Source: Synechococcus sp. (GTDB taxonomy: Bacteria; Cyanobacteriota; Cyanobacteriia; PCC-6307; Cyanobiaceae). Taken from it: a DNA stretch of 64,000 nt. The stretch covers positions 1,888,136 to 1,952,135 of the forward strand of contig JBJBDC010000001.1 of NCBI GenBank assembly GCA_047285535.1, in the 5' to 3' direction. The position numbers and the translations under genes are program-made. Below, in pieces: positions 52,747 through 62,989 of this stretch (its first letter is position 1; every line of letters begins with the position of its first letter). Under the pieces are notes generated by a model. It was not told where the DNA came from, did not search any database, and was given only the letters and a program-made list of their open reading frames with translations.

Positions 52747-53748
52747 ATGGGTGAGCAGACATTTGAAATCCCAGCTTTTGAACCGCAATGCGGAGGCACC
52801 ATCAACCTCAAGCTCGCCTACCGGGTGTATGGCGAACTCAGTGCGACAAAAGACAACCTGATCGTTTTTCCCACCCACTACGGGGGCCGTTCGGACGACG
52901 TTGCATTCCTCATTGGCGAGGAGATGGCTCTCGATCCTAGGAAATACTGCATCGTCGTCCCCAATCTGTTTGGAAACGGGGTGTCATCCTCGCCGAGCAA
53001 TACCCCTGCCCCCTTTGCTGCTAAGACGTTCCCGACGCTCACCTACTACGACAACGTCGTCTGCCAACGACGGATGATCGAGGCTGTTTTCGGGGTGAAG
53101 CGTATACGCCTCGTCGTAGGGTTCTCCATGGGTGCGATGCAAGCCTACGAATGGGCAACACAGGCCCACAATTTGGTTCAACGCTTCGCGGCAATTTGCG
53201 GTAGCGCTCGTACCTATGAACACAACCAGCTGTTCCTCGATTCCGTTTGTGCTGCGCTAACTGCCGACTCCGCCTATCGCGATGGAACGTACACGTCTCC
53301 TCCCACGAGAGGTCTTGAAGCATTCAGCGTCGCCTATGCCGCCTGGTTTGCCTCTCAACAGTTCTACAGCGAGCAGATCTATCGAGCCGCTGGGTTCGAG
53401 CGGATGCAAGACGTCGTCGACCTTGCGAAGTCGGTATTTATGGCTCAAGACGCGAATGACCTTCTCGCCATGGCGGCAACCTGGCGTGCTGGGGACCCCA
53501 GCGCCAATCCGGTCTATAACGGCGACTTCGAGAAGGCGCTTCGCTCGATCACCGCACGCGGGCTCGTGATGCCCTGTGTGAGCGATCTCTACTTTCGAGT
53601 TTCCGATAACAAGCGCGAAGTGGACTTACTCCGCAACGCTGAGCTCGCTCCCATCCAGTCAGATTACGGACACCTAGCCGGGGCGGGGCTCGACCCCTCA
53701 GCAGTCATGTTCATCAATGGCAAGCTCTCCGAGCTGCTGGCGTCTTGA
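52747..53748 (+). CDS. Homoserine O-acetyltransferase-like alpha/beta hydrolase
   Basis: LAYRVYGEL, NLFGNGVSSSPSN, GFSMGAMQ, DLYF, YGHLAG. Confidence 0.85.
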   Translation: MGEQTFEIPAFEPQCGGTINLKLAYRVYGELSATKDNLIVFPTHYGGRSDDVAFLIGEEMALDPRKYCIVVPNLFGNGVSSSPSNTPAPFAAKTFPTLTYYDNVVCQRRMIEAVFGVKRIRLVVGFSMGAMQAYEWATQAHNLVQRFAAICGSARTYEHNQLFLDSVCAALTADSAYRDGTYTSPPTRGLEAFSVAYAAWFASQQFYSEQIYRAAGFERMQDVVDLAKSVFMAQDANDLLAMAATWRAGDPSANPVYNGDFEKALRSITARGLVMPCVSDLYFRVSDNKREVDLLRNAELAPIQSDYGHLAGAGLDPSAVMFINGKLSELLAS

Positions 53749-53796
53749 ACACGGCACGGACCATCGAACCTTGGGCCATCACCATCAGATCCAACA

Positions 53797-54480
53797 ATGC
53801 GCTCCCATTACTTGAAGCATGTCCCGTTTGAAGGCCTGGGAAGTATTGAGCACTGGTTCCAAAGCAAGGGTTACGCCATATCAAGACCGAATGGTTTCAT
53901 TCGCAGCTTCTCCCTGCCCTTGAAGACGTTGATCTACTTGTTGTGGTGGGTGAGCGGATGTCAGTTAACGATGAAACAGACCATCCATGGCATGCCAAAG
54001 AGAAGGAATTCATCAGACGTGCCATTGAGGCCGGGAAGCCCGTTCTTGGAATTTGTTTGGGTGCTCAACTCATTGCTGATGCGAAGGGAGCCATCGTTGT
54101 CTCCAATTCAACAAAAGAAATTGGCTGGTTTCCTGTTGAATCCGTTTCTTCAGACCATGCGTCTGTCTTTCAATTTCCAGACGTCACAGAAGTCTTCCAT
54201 TGGCATGGCGGAACCTTTGACCTGCCTGAAGGAGCTGCTCAAATCGCCAGAAGCAAGGGTTGTGAAAATCAGACTTTTCCACTCGGCAGCAATGTGATTT
54301 TGGCTTGCAATTCCACTTGGAAACAACCCCGAAATCTACAACAGCGATTGTCGACCATTGCAGAGAGGAACGCGTGTAAGAGAAATAGATCCAATCAGAA
54401 GCGGTGATCCTTTCTGCTCCCGAAGCACGCTATTCGCCCATCAACGCTTTAATGGCAAACATCCTTGGCCATAAATGCAG
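53797..54480 (+). pseudogene. Frameshifted type 1 glutamine amidotransferase
   Basis: HVPFEGLGSI in one frame and MSVNDE..LGICLGAQLIA..EIGWFPV..FHWHG.TF in another; a further shift near the QFHLE region. Confidence 0.85.
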
Positions 54481-54520
54481 AAGTCAGAGCTAAGATCAGA
54501 ACCCTCAAAAGCATGCAGCT

Positions 54521-55285
54521 TTGCCGAACAAAATCAAGGTATTCGACAGTCATTTTCATATCATCGATTCTCGTTTTCCACTAATACGGAACAATGGCTA
54601 TTTACCCGGGGAATTCACTCATCAAGACTACAAAAAACGACTATCAACATTCGACCTTGTTGGCGGAACAATCGTTTCTGGATCGTTTCAGGGCTTTGAC
54701 CAAGGCTATCTTTTGTCGGCCTTGAAATCATTTGGTCCTGGATATGCTGGGGTCACTCAATTGCCACATCACACACCAGACAGCACAATCATTGAGCTTC
54801 ATTCGGCAGGAGTGAGAGCACTACGATTCAACCTTTATCGCGGAGGATCTGCAAGCCTTGCTGTGATGATTGCAATGGCAAAACGAGTTCATGAACTCGT
54901 AAAATGGCATATCGAGTTATATCTAGATTCCACAGACCTTGAGGAGATATCCACGGCATTAATGTCGCTACCTGCCGTCTGCATTGATCACCTAGGCATG
55001 AAAAAAGAAGGTTTTCACCATCTCCTGAAGCTTGTAGAACAAGGCCATAAAGTGAAGGCCACTGGATTTGGCCGCATCGATTTCAGCCCATCTGAAGCAA
55101 TCAAAACATTGTATCGAGCCAACCCAGATTCATTACTGTTTGGCACTGATTTACCATCAACAAGAGCAGCAAAACCCTTCCAAATCAGCGATGTGAATAT
55201 CATTCTCAATTCCCTTGGCCGTGAAGCTTCAAACAAAGTATTGAAAGATAATGCGATTGCGTTTTACAAACTAAAAGTTGGCTAA
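54521..55285 (+). CDS. Amidohydrolase (2-pyrone-4,6-dicarboxylate lactonase-like)
   Basis: FDSHFHI, VSGSFQGFD, GVRALRFNL, IDHLG, KATGFGR, FGTDLPSTRA. Confidence 0.85.
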   Translation: MPNKIKVFDSHFHIIDSRFPLIRNNGYLPGEFTHQDYKKRLSTFDLVGGTIVSGSFQGFDQGYLLSALKSFGPGYAGVTQLPHHTPDSTIIELHSAGVRALRFNLYRGGSASLAVMIAMAKRVHELVKWHIELYLDSTDLEEISTALMSLPAVCIDHLGMKKEGFHHLLKLVEQGHKVKATGFGRIDFSPSEAIKTLYRANPDSLLFGTDLPSTRAAKPFQISDVNIILNSLGREASNKVLKDNAIAFYKLKVG

Positions 55286-55299
55286 CTGGTGCAAGAACG

Positions 55300-55376
55300 C
55301 GCTAATAAAAAAGCTAAATCCGACCGCCCAAAATGCCGACGGCACTTTGGGCGGCGGCTGTGACTTGCCATTAGAC
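55300..55376 (+). repeat. Degenerate attC-like site
   Basis: CGCTAAT ... inverted repeat CCGCCCAAAATGCC/GGCACTTTGGGCGG ... ATTAGAC, just after a stop codon. Confidence 0.65.
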
Positions 55377-55479
55377 AATGCTCTTTTCCCATGTAGGATG
55401 CATAATTAACACACAGCTTCTATCCTTCTACACAGCTTGCCTTCACAAATAATAGCTATGATCATGCATAAAGCATTTC

Positions 55480-56043
55480 ATGGTAGATCCCAACGATAGA
55501 GCATCTGAAGCTCCTATCTCCGTGATCGTTGATAGGAATGTGTTACCAGGAAAGACAAAAGAATTCGAAGAGTACGTACAAAAGATTATTGAAGCCTCAA
55601 GTCGCTTTCCAGGGTATATTGGAACTGACGTCATTAATCCTGATAGAGAAAATAGATATATTGTAGTTTTTCGTTTTGCGTCAAAAGAACAACTTGAGAC
55701 TTGGACCTCATCACAAGAGAGAGCTTACTGGATTCATAAAATCGATCGAGTGATAGAACAACCTACCAAGCTAGTTTCTCTTACGGGCCTAGAAACTTGG
55801 TTTGTCCTATCCAAATCCAATAGATTTTATCCACCCCCGAAGCACAAAATGGCAGTTGTTGTGTATCTGGCAATCTCTTTAACTTTAACTGTTTTTGATT
55901 TCTTCTTTGGTGGCTACTTTGCCTCAATACCCATTCCACTGAAATTTTGGGCGACCAGCCCATTTATTGTTATCATAATGACCTATCTATCCATGCCAAT
56001 CCTGACGAAAGCGTTTAAAAAATTCCTATTTTACCAAAGCTAA
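55480..56043 (+). CDS. ABM-domain membrane protein
   Basis: SRFPGYIG, VFRFAS, W..S.ER, TGLETWF, PPKHKMAVV plus 2 TM. Confidence 0.85.
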   Translation: MVDPNDRASEAPISVIVDRNVLPGKTKEFEEYVQKIIEASSRFPGYIGTDVINPDRENRYIVVFRFASKEQLETWTSSQERAYWIHKIDRVIEQPTKLVSLTGLETWFVLSKSNRFYPPPKHKMAVVVYLAISLTLTVFDFFFGGYFASIPIPLKFWATSPFIVIIMTYLSMPILTKAFKKFLFYQS

Positions 56044-56394
56044 TGTTCGCTTAAGAAAAAATATGGATTGTTGCGGCTACAGAATTGCTGGTCGTATTTC
56101 TACGATTTAATACAGTGGGCCGGGGCAATCTCTGGCTTTGATCGAAAGATTTGAGCCGCTACTGGCCTCAGATGTTAGGCATGGTTTGACGGTTTGATGT
56201 TGCCTGAGCCAGGGAATTGGACTCTGCAAAACAGAGCGTTTCAAGAATGCAAGCCCAGGACATTGCCAACCCCTGGGTGAACCCGGGCCTGCATTAATCA
56301 CATCCTGCATCGCCCTTGAATTCAATCCACAAGCCAGCTTGCGGCTGCCCAAAGTTTTGGCTACCGAAAGCTTGTCAGCTTGCAGCATTCGCCT

Positions 56395-57990
56395 ATGGCC
56401 GAAGTGATGTTGCTAACGCTGCTGGTCGCCCTGCCCCTCACCCTGGCGCTATCGGCCCTGATTGCCTGGCGCTACAGGAACACCGTGCGCAAGCTGATGC
56501 GGCTTGCCCCATCCCCAAACGACAGCGACAGCCCAGTTGTAGTCAAATCGGAGCTGGAAGCCCTAGCCATGGCGCCGGCCGATCGACCAGTGCGGCTGTC
56601 AGCATCGCTGTCTGCAAGAGAACGGCAGCTGAACCTGAGCCTTGCTCTCTGCAGTGTGCTGATTAGCACCACCGGGGCCTGGCTTTATCTCCTGGTGCAT
56701 CAGCAGGAGATCGGTGGCATCACCCCCCTACGACTGCTGCTGGTGAGCCTGGTGTGGTGCAGCCCGGGGCTGGTGCTCCAGGCCTTGGTGCTGCGCTGGC
56801 CCCTGTCGCGACAGTTGCCCGTGCTGCTGGGCTGGGGCACTGCCCTGGTACTGCTGCTGGCGGCGATGAGCTCCGGGGGCTTCTCTGTCGCATCCCTGAG
56901 CTTCGTAGTCGTGCACATCCTGCTGCCGCTAGTGGTGCTTGGGCTGCTCTTTGGTGTGCCGGTTCTGCGAGCCATCGCCCCCTATCTATTTCCTGTGGTG
57001 GCCGCTCTCTGCCTAGCGGTGAACGCGGCCTTCGATGCCCTGGCAGCGCTGGTGGAGCAAGAATCAGCCTGGATCGGCTCTGTGTTGCCGGTCAGCGGCG
57101 CAATGGGGCTGATCCTGCTCGTGGCGCTGGTGGCCTTGTTGGCGACCTGCCTACCTGCCCATTCTCTGGTCAAGGTGCTGGGCGGGCTCTACCGCCGCCA
57201 GGTCTTCTCTGATCTCTCCTATCTGTTTGGTGCCAGCTGGCTGCTGGTGTTGACTCTGGAACTGATACCGACCATCAGAGCAGCCGGAGCAGGCCTGGCT
57301 TCCCTTCTGCCATTGCTGGCTTGGCTGTGGATTCCCCTGCTATTCCGCTGGCTGCCACGGCTGATGCCGCCGCCGCCCCCCTCCTGCAGGCCCCCGCGAC
57401 TGCTGGTGTTGCGGGTATTCCGGCGAGGCGGGCCGATGGCCTGGCTCTTCGACCATGTGGTGCAGCGCTGGCGCTTGATCGGACCGGTACTGTTGATCAC
57501 CGCCGCCGACCTGGCCTCGCGAACCATTGAGCCCCACGAGTTGGTGGCCTTCGTGGAGGGCCGCTTGCACAATCGCTACATCAGCACTGCGACCCAGCTC
57601 CAGACTCAGCTGGACCAGATCCAGGACCAACCCGATCACGATGGTCGCTGGCGTGTGCATGAATTCTGTTGCTACGCCAACAGCTGGAAACAAAGCCTGG
57701 ATGCTCTGTTGAGTCGATCCGATGTGGTTCTGATGGATCTTCGCGGATTTAGCAGCCGCAATGCCGGCTGCCGCCATGAGTTGCGCCGTATCGGCCAGAG
57801 CAACCATCTACGAGCTGCTGTGCTGTTAATGGATCGCCACACCGATCAAACTGCGGCCCAGGAAGCGCTTGGTGCCCAACCTGCCGCTGCCATCACCTGG
57901 CAACCAGCCGAGCAGCGACGCATCCCCGCGAGTACTGCCGTGCTTGAGCCGCTGCTGCAGCCCTTCCAATCGCCATCGAGACATCTCTAA
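56395..57990 (+). CDS. Polytopic membrane protein with C-terminal TIR-like alpha/beta domain
   Basis: About 9-10 hydrophobic helices, then LLVLRVF...WKQSLDALLSRSDVVLMDLRGFS..NAGCRHEL. Confidence 0.7.
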   Translation: MAEVMLLTLLVALPLTLALSALIAWRYRNTVRKLMRLAPSPNDSDSPVVVKSELEALAMAPADRPVRLSASLSARERQLNLSLALCSVLISTTGAWLYLLVHQQEIGGITPLRLLLVSLVWCSPGLVLQALVLRWPLSRQLPVLLGWGTALVLLLAAMSSGGFSVASLSFVVVHILLPLVVLGLLFGVPVLRAIAPYLFPVVAALCLAVNAAFDALAALVEQESAWIGSVLPVSGAMGLILLVALVALLATCLPAHSLVKVLGGLYRRQVFSDLSYLFGASWLLVLTLELIPTIRAAGAGLASLLPLLAWLWIPLLFRWLPRLMPPPPPSCRPPRLLVLRVFRRGGPMAWLFDHVVQRWRLIGPVLLITAADLASRTIEPHELVAFVEGRLHNRYISTATQLQTQLDQIQDQPDHDGRWRVHEFCCYANSWKQSLDALLSRSDVVLMDLRGFSSRNAGCRHELRRIGQSNHLRAAVLLMDRHTDQTAAQEALGAQPAAAITWQPAEQRRIPASTAVLEPLLQPFQSPSRHL

Positions 57991-57997
57991 ACCCACC

Positions 57998-58462
57998 ATG
58001 ACCATGTTGGATTCCGACGCCTATCTGCACGACCGCCTCAACCAGCAACTGTCCTGGCTCAGCAAGGCCAGCCGCGGCAACAAAAGAAACTTTCTTCAGT
58101 TGCGAATCCTTGAGGTGCTGCTGGGCATCGGCATCACGATCTTCAGCCCTTTCGCAATGCAATGGGGCTGGAGGGGGGCACTGGTGCTGTCGCTAGCGGG
58201 AGGTGGCATCGCCGTGTGCGGTTCTCTGCTGGCGTTGAATCATCATCAAGAAAACTGGCTGCGCTACCGCGGCCTGGCCGAAGCGCTCAAGCGCCAAAAA
58301 TATCTCTTTCTGACAGGAACCTGCCCCTATGACGACGCCTCCACAGCGTTCCCGCGCCTGGTGTCGACCTGCGAATCTCTACTGAGTGTTGAAAACAACC
58401 AGTGGAGCCAGGAGATGAGCAAGCTGTCTGAGGCGAAGGTCGCCGGAACACGGAACAGCTGA
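57998..58462 (+). CDS. SLATT/DUF4231 family 2TM protein
   Basis: YL.DRL..QL.W...AS..NKR.F, two TM helices, ENWLRYR..AEALKRQKYLF...PY, E.LLS.EN..W; starts 7 bp after the upstream stop. Confidence 0.85.
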   Translation: MTMLDSDAYLHDRLNQQLSWLSKASRGNKRNFLQLRILEVLLGIGITIFSPFAMQWGWRGALVLSLAGGGIAVCGSLLALNHHQENWLRYRGLAEALKRQKYLFLTGTCPYDDASTAFPRLVSTCESLLSVENNQWSQEMSKLSEAKVAGTRNS

Positions 58463-58709
58463 ACCCAAACAACGACAAAACACTTGAAGGCCTGAGACCG
58501 TGGTACCGAGTCTCCCAGCACCCCTCACCTTCGGAGGCGTTGAAGTGATTCCAGAAGGAGTGGACGCAGGTGAGAGTCTCACTTCGGCGATCAGTGCCAC
58601 TGATCAATGACACTGAGGAAGATCCACTCAAACAACAACCACTGCCATGCACCACAATGGCTGGAGTCATTCAAAAGCCTTTCTTCATTCAAGAAGCGAT
58701 AAAGAGATT

Positions 58710-58796
58710 GTCCAACTACAGCTTGCACCCGACCCGGCATCAAGTTGAGGTATGCCGCTGAAGTTGCATGCGGAAGTGGGGAGATGAGTTTTAGGC
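58710..58796 (+). repeat. Degenerate attC-like site
   Basis: GTCCAAC (RYYYAAC), TTGCACCCGAC, CGGCAT/ATGCCG inverted repeat, ending TTTAGGC. Confidence 0.45.
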
Positions 58797-58891
58797 ATAC
58801 ATAATCTCAAACTAAAATACATCAACTTGAGTAAACTTAGAGCTGGCCAAACCCTAATAGAGCGGAGATCAATTCAGCTAAGAACAACATC

Positions 58892-60058
58892 ATGACGCAC
58901 TCATCAGCCCACGCGGCCCCTTTGGATATAGCAATTATCGGTGCAGGGCCCGGCGGACTCAGTGCAGCTCACGCATTGGCAAACCGAGGTTTTTCTGTAG
59001 GCATTTTTGACCGAGCCCAAATTCTGCGCCCGATTGGAGCAGCTCTTGGACTTGCCGAACAGGGATATGCTGCTCTCAATGCAATTAGTCCTGATCTTTC
59101 TAAGCAAGTTCAGTCCAAAGCCATCAATCCCAGACAACAACTTCTCATGCGGCCAAATAGTGAGGTCTTGTTCGCAGATGAATCGCCGATGGCAGGGACA
59201 AGTTTCACCTGGCTGGGATGGTTTAATTTGCAAGCTTGTCTTTGTGAAGCTCTTCCCAACTCAGTTCAGTTAAACCTTAACCACAGTCTTACCGAATTCA
59301 TTTCTGATCGACTTGACACACCCATCTGTCTCAAATTTCGGGATCAAGCTGACCAATTTGCTCGAATTTTGATAGGAGCCGATGGCTATCGCTCAGTGGT
59401 CAGAAACAAAACAGTTGGAGATGGTCCTCCTGTGTACACAGGCACGATGACTTGGCGAGGCACTCTGCCCAGAGAAAAACTAGTTCCTCTTGAAGAACCT
59501 TTCATCGAAGGAGCTGGTTTTCAGCTGGTTGTAGGAGAACAAAAGAATTTTTGGATAATGGATGCTGGTGCCAATCAAATAGCCTGGGGTGGCACTGCAC
59601 CTCAAGCCAGCTCAGAGAAAAGTGAATCTGCTGTCAATACTGCACTTCATGTCTTTGAGGATTGGCCTGCCATTGTGCAAAAGATGATTCTTACGACAGA
59701 TCCTTTAAGCATCATTGAGACAGGTGTATTCGATCGAAAACCCGTGTCTCAATGGGGAGATGGTCAACGCATAACCCTTTTAGGTGATGCTGCCCATCCG
59801 ATTCGTCCATCCTTGGGTCTAGGAACAACTCTCGCTTTACAAGATGCAGTGACTCTTGCCGAAGTGCTTGAGGCAATAACACCTACAGACATTCCATCTG
59901 TTTCAGCTGCTCTCTCGCGGTACGAACAAAAGAGAATTGAGATCACAACACCCTTGCAGAAAAAAGCCTCTGAACAGGGGTTAGCGTCCCATGCTGACGA
60001 TCAAGCGGATCGGCTAAAAATAGGTTTTGAGGCCGCTTTAGCGAGTCGAAAAAAATAA
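58892..60058 (+). CDS. FAD-dependent monooxygenase
   Basis: IIGAGPGGL, IGADG, LLGDAAH, G..LALQDA. Confidence 0.9.
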   Translation: MTHSSAHAAPLDIAIIGAGPGGLSAAHALANRGFSVGIFDRAQILRPIGAALGLAEQGYAALNAISPDLSKQVQSKAINPRQQLLMRPNSEVLFADESPMAGTSFTWLGWFNLQACLCEALPNSVQLNLNHSLTEFISDRLDTPICLKFRDQADQFARILIGADGYRSVVRNKTVGDGPPVYTGTMTWRGTLPREKLVPLEEPFIEGAGFQLVVGEQKNFWIMDAGANQIAWGGTAPQASSEKSESAVNTALHVFEDWPAIVQKMILTTDPLSIIETGVFDRKPVSQWGDGQRITLLGDAAHPIRPSLGLGTTLALQDAVTLAEVLEAITPTDIPSVSAALSRYEQKRIEITTPLQKKASEQGLASHADDQADRLKIGFEAALASRKK

Positions 60059-60109
60059 TTGCCTCTTCCCTTTGATTCCTAAGCCAGTGTTCCTGCGCCA
60101 AACCGCGAA

Positions 60110-60196
60110 GTCCACCAATCCGTTGCAGCGCACTGGCAAAAGAACTCTTGTTGTTGCTCCAGAGTTACAAACAGAAGATGAAAGCAATCGTTAGGC
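60110..60196 (+). repeat. Degenerate attC-like site
   Basis: GTCCACC-AATCC-GTTGCAGCGCAC... AACTCT/AGAGTT inverted repeat ... GTTAGGC. Confidence 0.5.
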
Positions 60197-60223
60197 GTGT
60201 TGGTAATAGCCAATTCCCGATCA

Positions 60224-60433
60224 ATCAAACATCCGACATGCTGAAGCTCGCTTTATCGCCATAGACCCGGCTGAAGCTTGGGTTAACGGACCGATGAACC
60301 ATGTCTAAATTGGAGCAGGATCTTGTTGAGCCATGCGCCCACAGTGATCAAACAGGTGCCAGGCCCCGCAGAACTACGCGGTTCACAGGTGCAGCCGCAT
60401 GTGCGGCATCGCAATCAGAACCACCCATACAAT
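60224..60433. repeat. Dispersed ~200-bp repeat, copy B (others at about 47822-47890, 62990-63133, 63785-63993)
   Basis: Shares TGAAGCTCGCTTYATCGCCATAGACCCGGCTGAA with 63803 and GAACCATG.CTAA..TTGGAGCAGGATCT with about 47835. Confidence 0.75.
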
Positions 60434-60458
60434 TCAGAAGGCAACTGCTATCAACATC

Positions 60459-61100
60459 ATGCATCAAATCTTGATCTATTCGGACAGCTTAACCTGGGGA
60501 ATTATCCCAGATTCCAGAGAACGTTTATCATTTGAAAAGCGATGGCCTGGTGTTTTTGAACATTCACTGATTGAGGCCGGAAAAAATGTCAGGGTTATAG
60601 AAAACTGTCTTAATGGTCGTAGAACAGTATGGAGTGATCCCTTCAAGGAAGGGCGAGATGGCTCGCAAGGACTCGCTCAAGTCATAGAAATGATGTCACC
60701 ACTGAAGCTGGTGATTTTGATGTTGGGCTCAAATGATTTTCAATGTACGCACAACAACAATGCTTGGTTATCTGCACAAGGAACAGCCAAACTGATCCAA
60801 ATCGTTCGCCAAGCACCTATAGAGCCCGTTATGCCCGTGCCCGACATCATGGTCGTCGCTCCACCAGCGATCATTCAGCCCAAAGGAGTGATTGCCAGCA
60901 AATTCGAGGGGGCAGAAAAACGGTGTGCAGGGTTGGCAAATGAACTCAAGAAAGTGGCTAATGAACACTCAGCGCATTATTTCAATGCAGGAAATGTCAC
61001 CAAAGCCAGCGCTATCGATGGCATCCATTTAGATGAAAATCAACATCAATTATTGGGTAAAGCCCTGGCAGATGCAGTCTCTGAAAGTTTAGCCTTCTAA
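60459..61100 (+). CDS. SGNH/GDSL hydrolase
   Basis: YSDSLTWG, RWPG, LNGRRT, LGSND, DGIHL. Confidence 0.9.
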   Translation: MHQILIYSDSLTWGIIPDSRERLSFEKRWPGVFEHSLIEAGKNVRVIENCLNGRRTVWSDPFKEGRDGSQGLAQVIEMMSPLKLVILMLGSNDFQCTHNNNAWLSAQGTAKLIQIVRQAPIEPVMPVPDIMVVAPPAIIQPKGVIASKFEGAEKRCAGLANELKKVANEHSAHYFNAGNVTKASAIDGIHLDENQHQLLGKALADAVSESLAF

Positions 61101-61149
61101 TAAGTGGCTAATGCGTACGATGCACTTCGCCGCAAGCCGAGCATTATCC
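61095..61149 (+). repeat. Short degenerate attC-like site
   Basis: TTCTAAT (overlaps the stop) AAGTG GCTAATGC ... GCAAGC CGAGC ATTATCC. Confidence 0.4.
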
Positions 61150-61184
61150 GCCCAGATTAAATTCACTCAGATGGAACTCGACGC

Positions 61185-61577
61185 ATGTCTGACACCATCA
61201 TTGACCACTTTTTTCAATGTGTAGTTGATGGCGACACTGACGGCGCCATCAAGCTCACGACGGATGACGTCACGTTTGAAGTGCAAGGACCCGCAAGTGT
61301 TCCCATTTACGGCAAATTTCATGGCCATGATGGTGCTCGCAAGTTCTTTGCAACGCTCCGCGAGTTGTTGGACTCGGAAGCTTTTGCAGTTCACTCAACG
61401 CTTGCAAACGACCAAATAGCGTTTGGGTACGGAACCATGCAGCACCGCGTGAAACAAACAGGTCGGCTATTCCAATCCGAATGGGCTCTGTATTGCGTTC
61501 TCTTCGATGGAAAAATATCTCACTATCGGATTTTTGAGGACACTGCCGCTTTGGCAGCCGCTTACGTCAACCATTGA
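61185..61577 (+). CDS. SnoaL/NTF2-like protein
   Basis: DDVTFEVQG..P.YG.FHGHDG...FF, TGR.FQSEW, DGKI..YRIFEDT. Confidence 0.85.
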   Translation: MSDTIIDHFFQCVVDGDTDGAIKLTTDDVTFEVQGPASVPIYGKFHGHDGARKFFATLRELLDSEAFAVHSTLANDQIAFGYGTMQHRVKQTGRLFQSEWALYCVLFDGKISHYRIFEDTAALAAAYVNH

Positions 61578-61776
61578 GAGTGGTCGTTCAGCAAGCCCTA
61601 AGACATCAGCCCGGCAGACTGCTCTCATCCAAGCGAGCATGCGGTCGTTTCAAAGGGACAAGTTGGAACGTCATGCAAGCTTTAAGGATTGAGCTCCGAT
61701 CGTCAGCTCCCTGGTTCTCAGCTTGCAAGCCCAAGGCTTGAAAGCGCAGAACAACCCTTCAGCCAAGAAAGCATCC

Positions 61777-62724
61777 ATGACAAGTTCTGGATCAGAACCA
61801 GTCTCCGGTCAACAAACGGAGAAGACCTTGGATCCAATCGTCCTGGAGCGATGTCGCGATCTGGTGGGATTGCTTTTCCCATGGGACATGAACCGGGCAC
61901 TGGAACTGGCCTTGCTCAAAACCTTTTGCCTGCCATCAATCTCAGGCTTGCTGCAGCAGACCGGTGAGTTTGAACAACGCCCCCGCAAGCGCTACGACGA
62001 CACTGCTCTGATCGTGGCAGAACTGGTACGGCTTGGCCCTGATAGCCCAGGGGGCCGGGCCATCATCCAGCGCCTCAATCGGATTCACTCCACCTACGCC
62101 ATTCGCCAGGAGGATTACACCTACGTGCTCTCCGGTTTCGTCGCCGAACCGATTCACTGGATCGAGAATTACGGCTGGAGAGCTCTGCAACCCATTGAAC
62201 AAGAGGCGTTGGTCTTGTTCTGGGATCATGTGGGCAGTCTGATGAATCTTGAGCAACGCCCATGCAGTTTGCGGGAACTGATGGAGCTCAATCAGCGCGC
62301 CAATCTCAAACTGTTTGCCAGCGCCGAGAGCAACCAGCGTGTTGCAGACGCCACTATCGCCATGCTTCTGGCCCCTTGGCCTGGTCCATTGCACCGATGG
62401 CTCCGTTCCATCATGAGCAGTGTGTTGGAACCAGAAACGCTCAGCAGTCTGAACTGGCCCTCCCCTCCGGCCTGGCAGACCAAAGTCGTGTGGGGAGTGC
62501 TCCACTGCCGCAGCTTCATCCTCTGCACAGTCCTGCGTTTCTGGCCTCCCCAGCGACGACGCTTTTTCTCCGAGCGACCCACGACAAGCTATGGCAAGCA
62601 TTTCAGCCTGGAACAGATCGGCCCTCCATCACTGCTGCAACAGCTGAACAGCTCCAACCTTCGTGATGACTCGAAATACCGAAGAGAGGCTGACAACTCG
62701 CTGAATGACATTGGGAAATCTTGA
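61777..62724 (+). CDS. DUF2236 / MpaB-like oxygenase family protein
   Basis: LLKTFCLPSISGLL..TGEF..RPRKRYDDT, RLNRIH..Y.I. Confidence 0.85.
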   Translation: MTSSGSEPVSGQQTEKTLDPIVLERCRDLVGLLFPWDMNRALELALLKTFCLPSISGLLQQTGEFEQRPRKRYDDTALIVAELVRLGPDSPGGRAIIQRLNRIHSTYAIRQEDYTYVLSGFVAEPIHWIENYGWRALQPIEQEALVLFWDHVGSLMNLEQRPCSLRELMELNQRANLKLFASAESNQRVADATIAMLLAPWPGPLHRWLRSIMSSVLEPETLSSLNWPSPPAWQTKVVWGVLHCRSFILCTVLRFWPPQRRRFFSERPTTSYGKHFSLEQIGPPSLLQQLNSSNLRDDSKYRREADNSLNDIGKS

Positions 62725-62989
62725 ACCAAGATGCCACCTTTGTGATGTTGCACTGCTAAAGGTGACCTCCTCGCACTGATCTCAAGAACTTCAACATCAG
62801 CATCGATTGCACTACTTGAGTGAGCAACTCTCTGCCTCCATTATTTTCTTTGAAAGATGTAGCCATTCCTACGCAGAGCCTCTGAAAGCTGGCGATGTTT
62901 CAATCAAAGATCATTTTTGAAAAAAAGTTCTTTAAGGCCGCGCGACAACCTTGCCAGTTAAATCGAAAAGGAATAGGTGATCCTCGGCC

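Noticed and set aside
58570..58605. Two short palindromes (GTGAGAGTCTCAC and GATCAGTGCCACTGATC)
   Set aside because: Too short and not repeated; cannot be distinguished from chance
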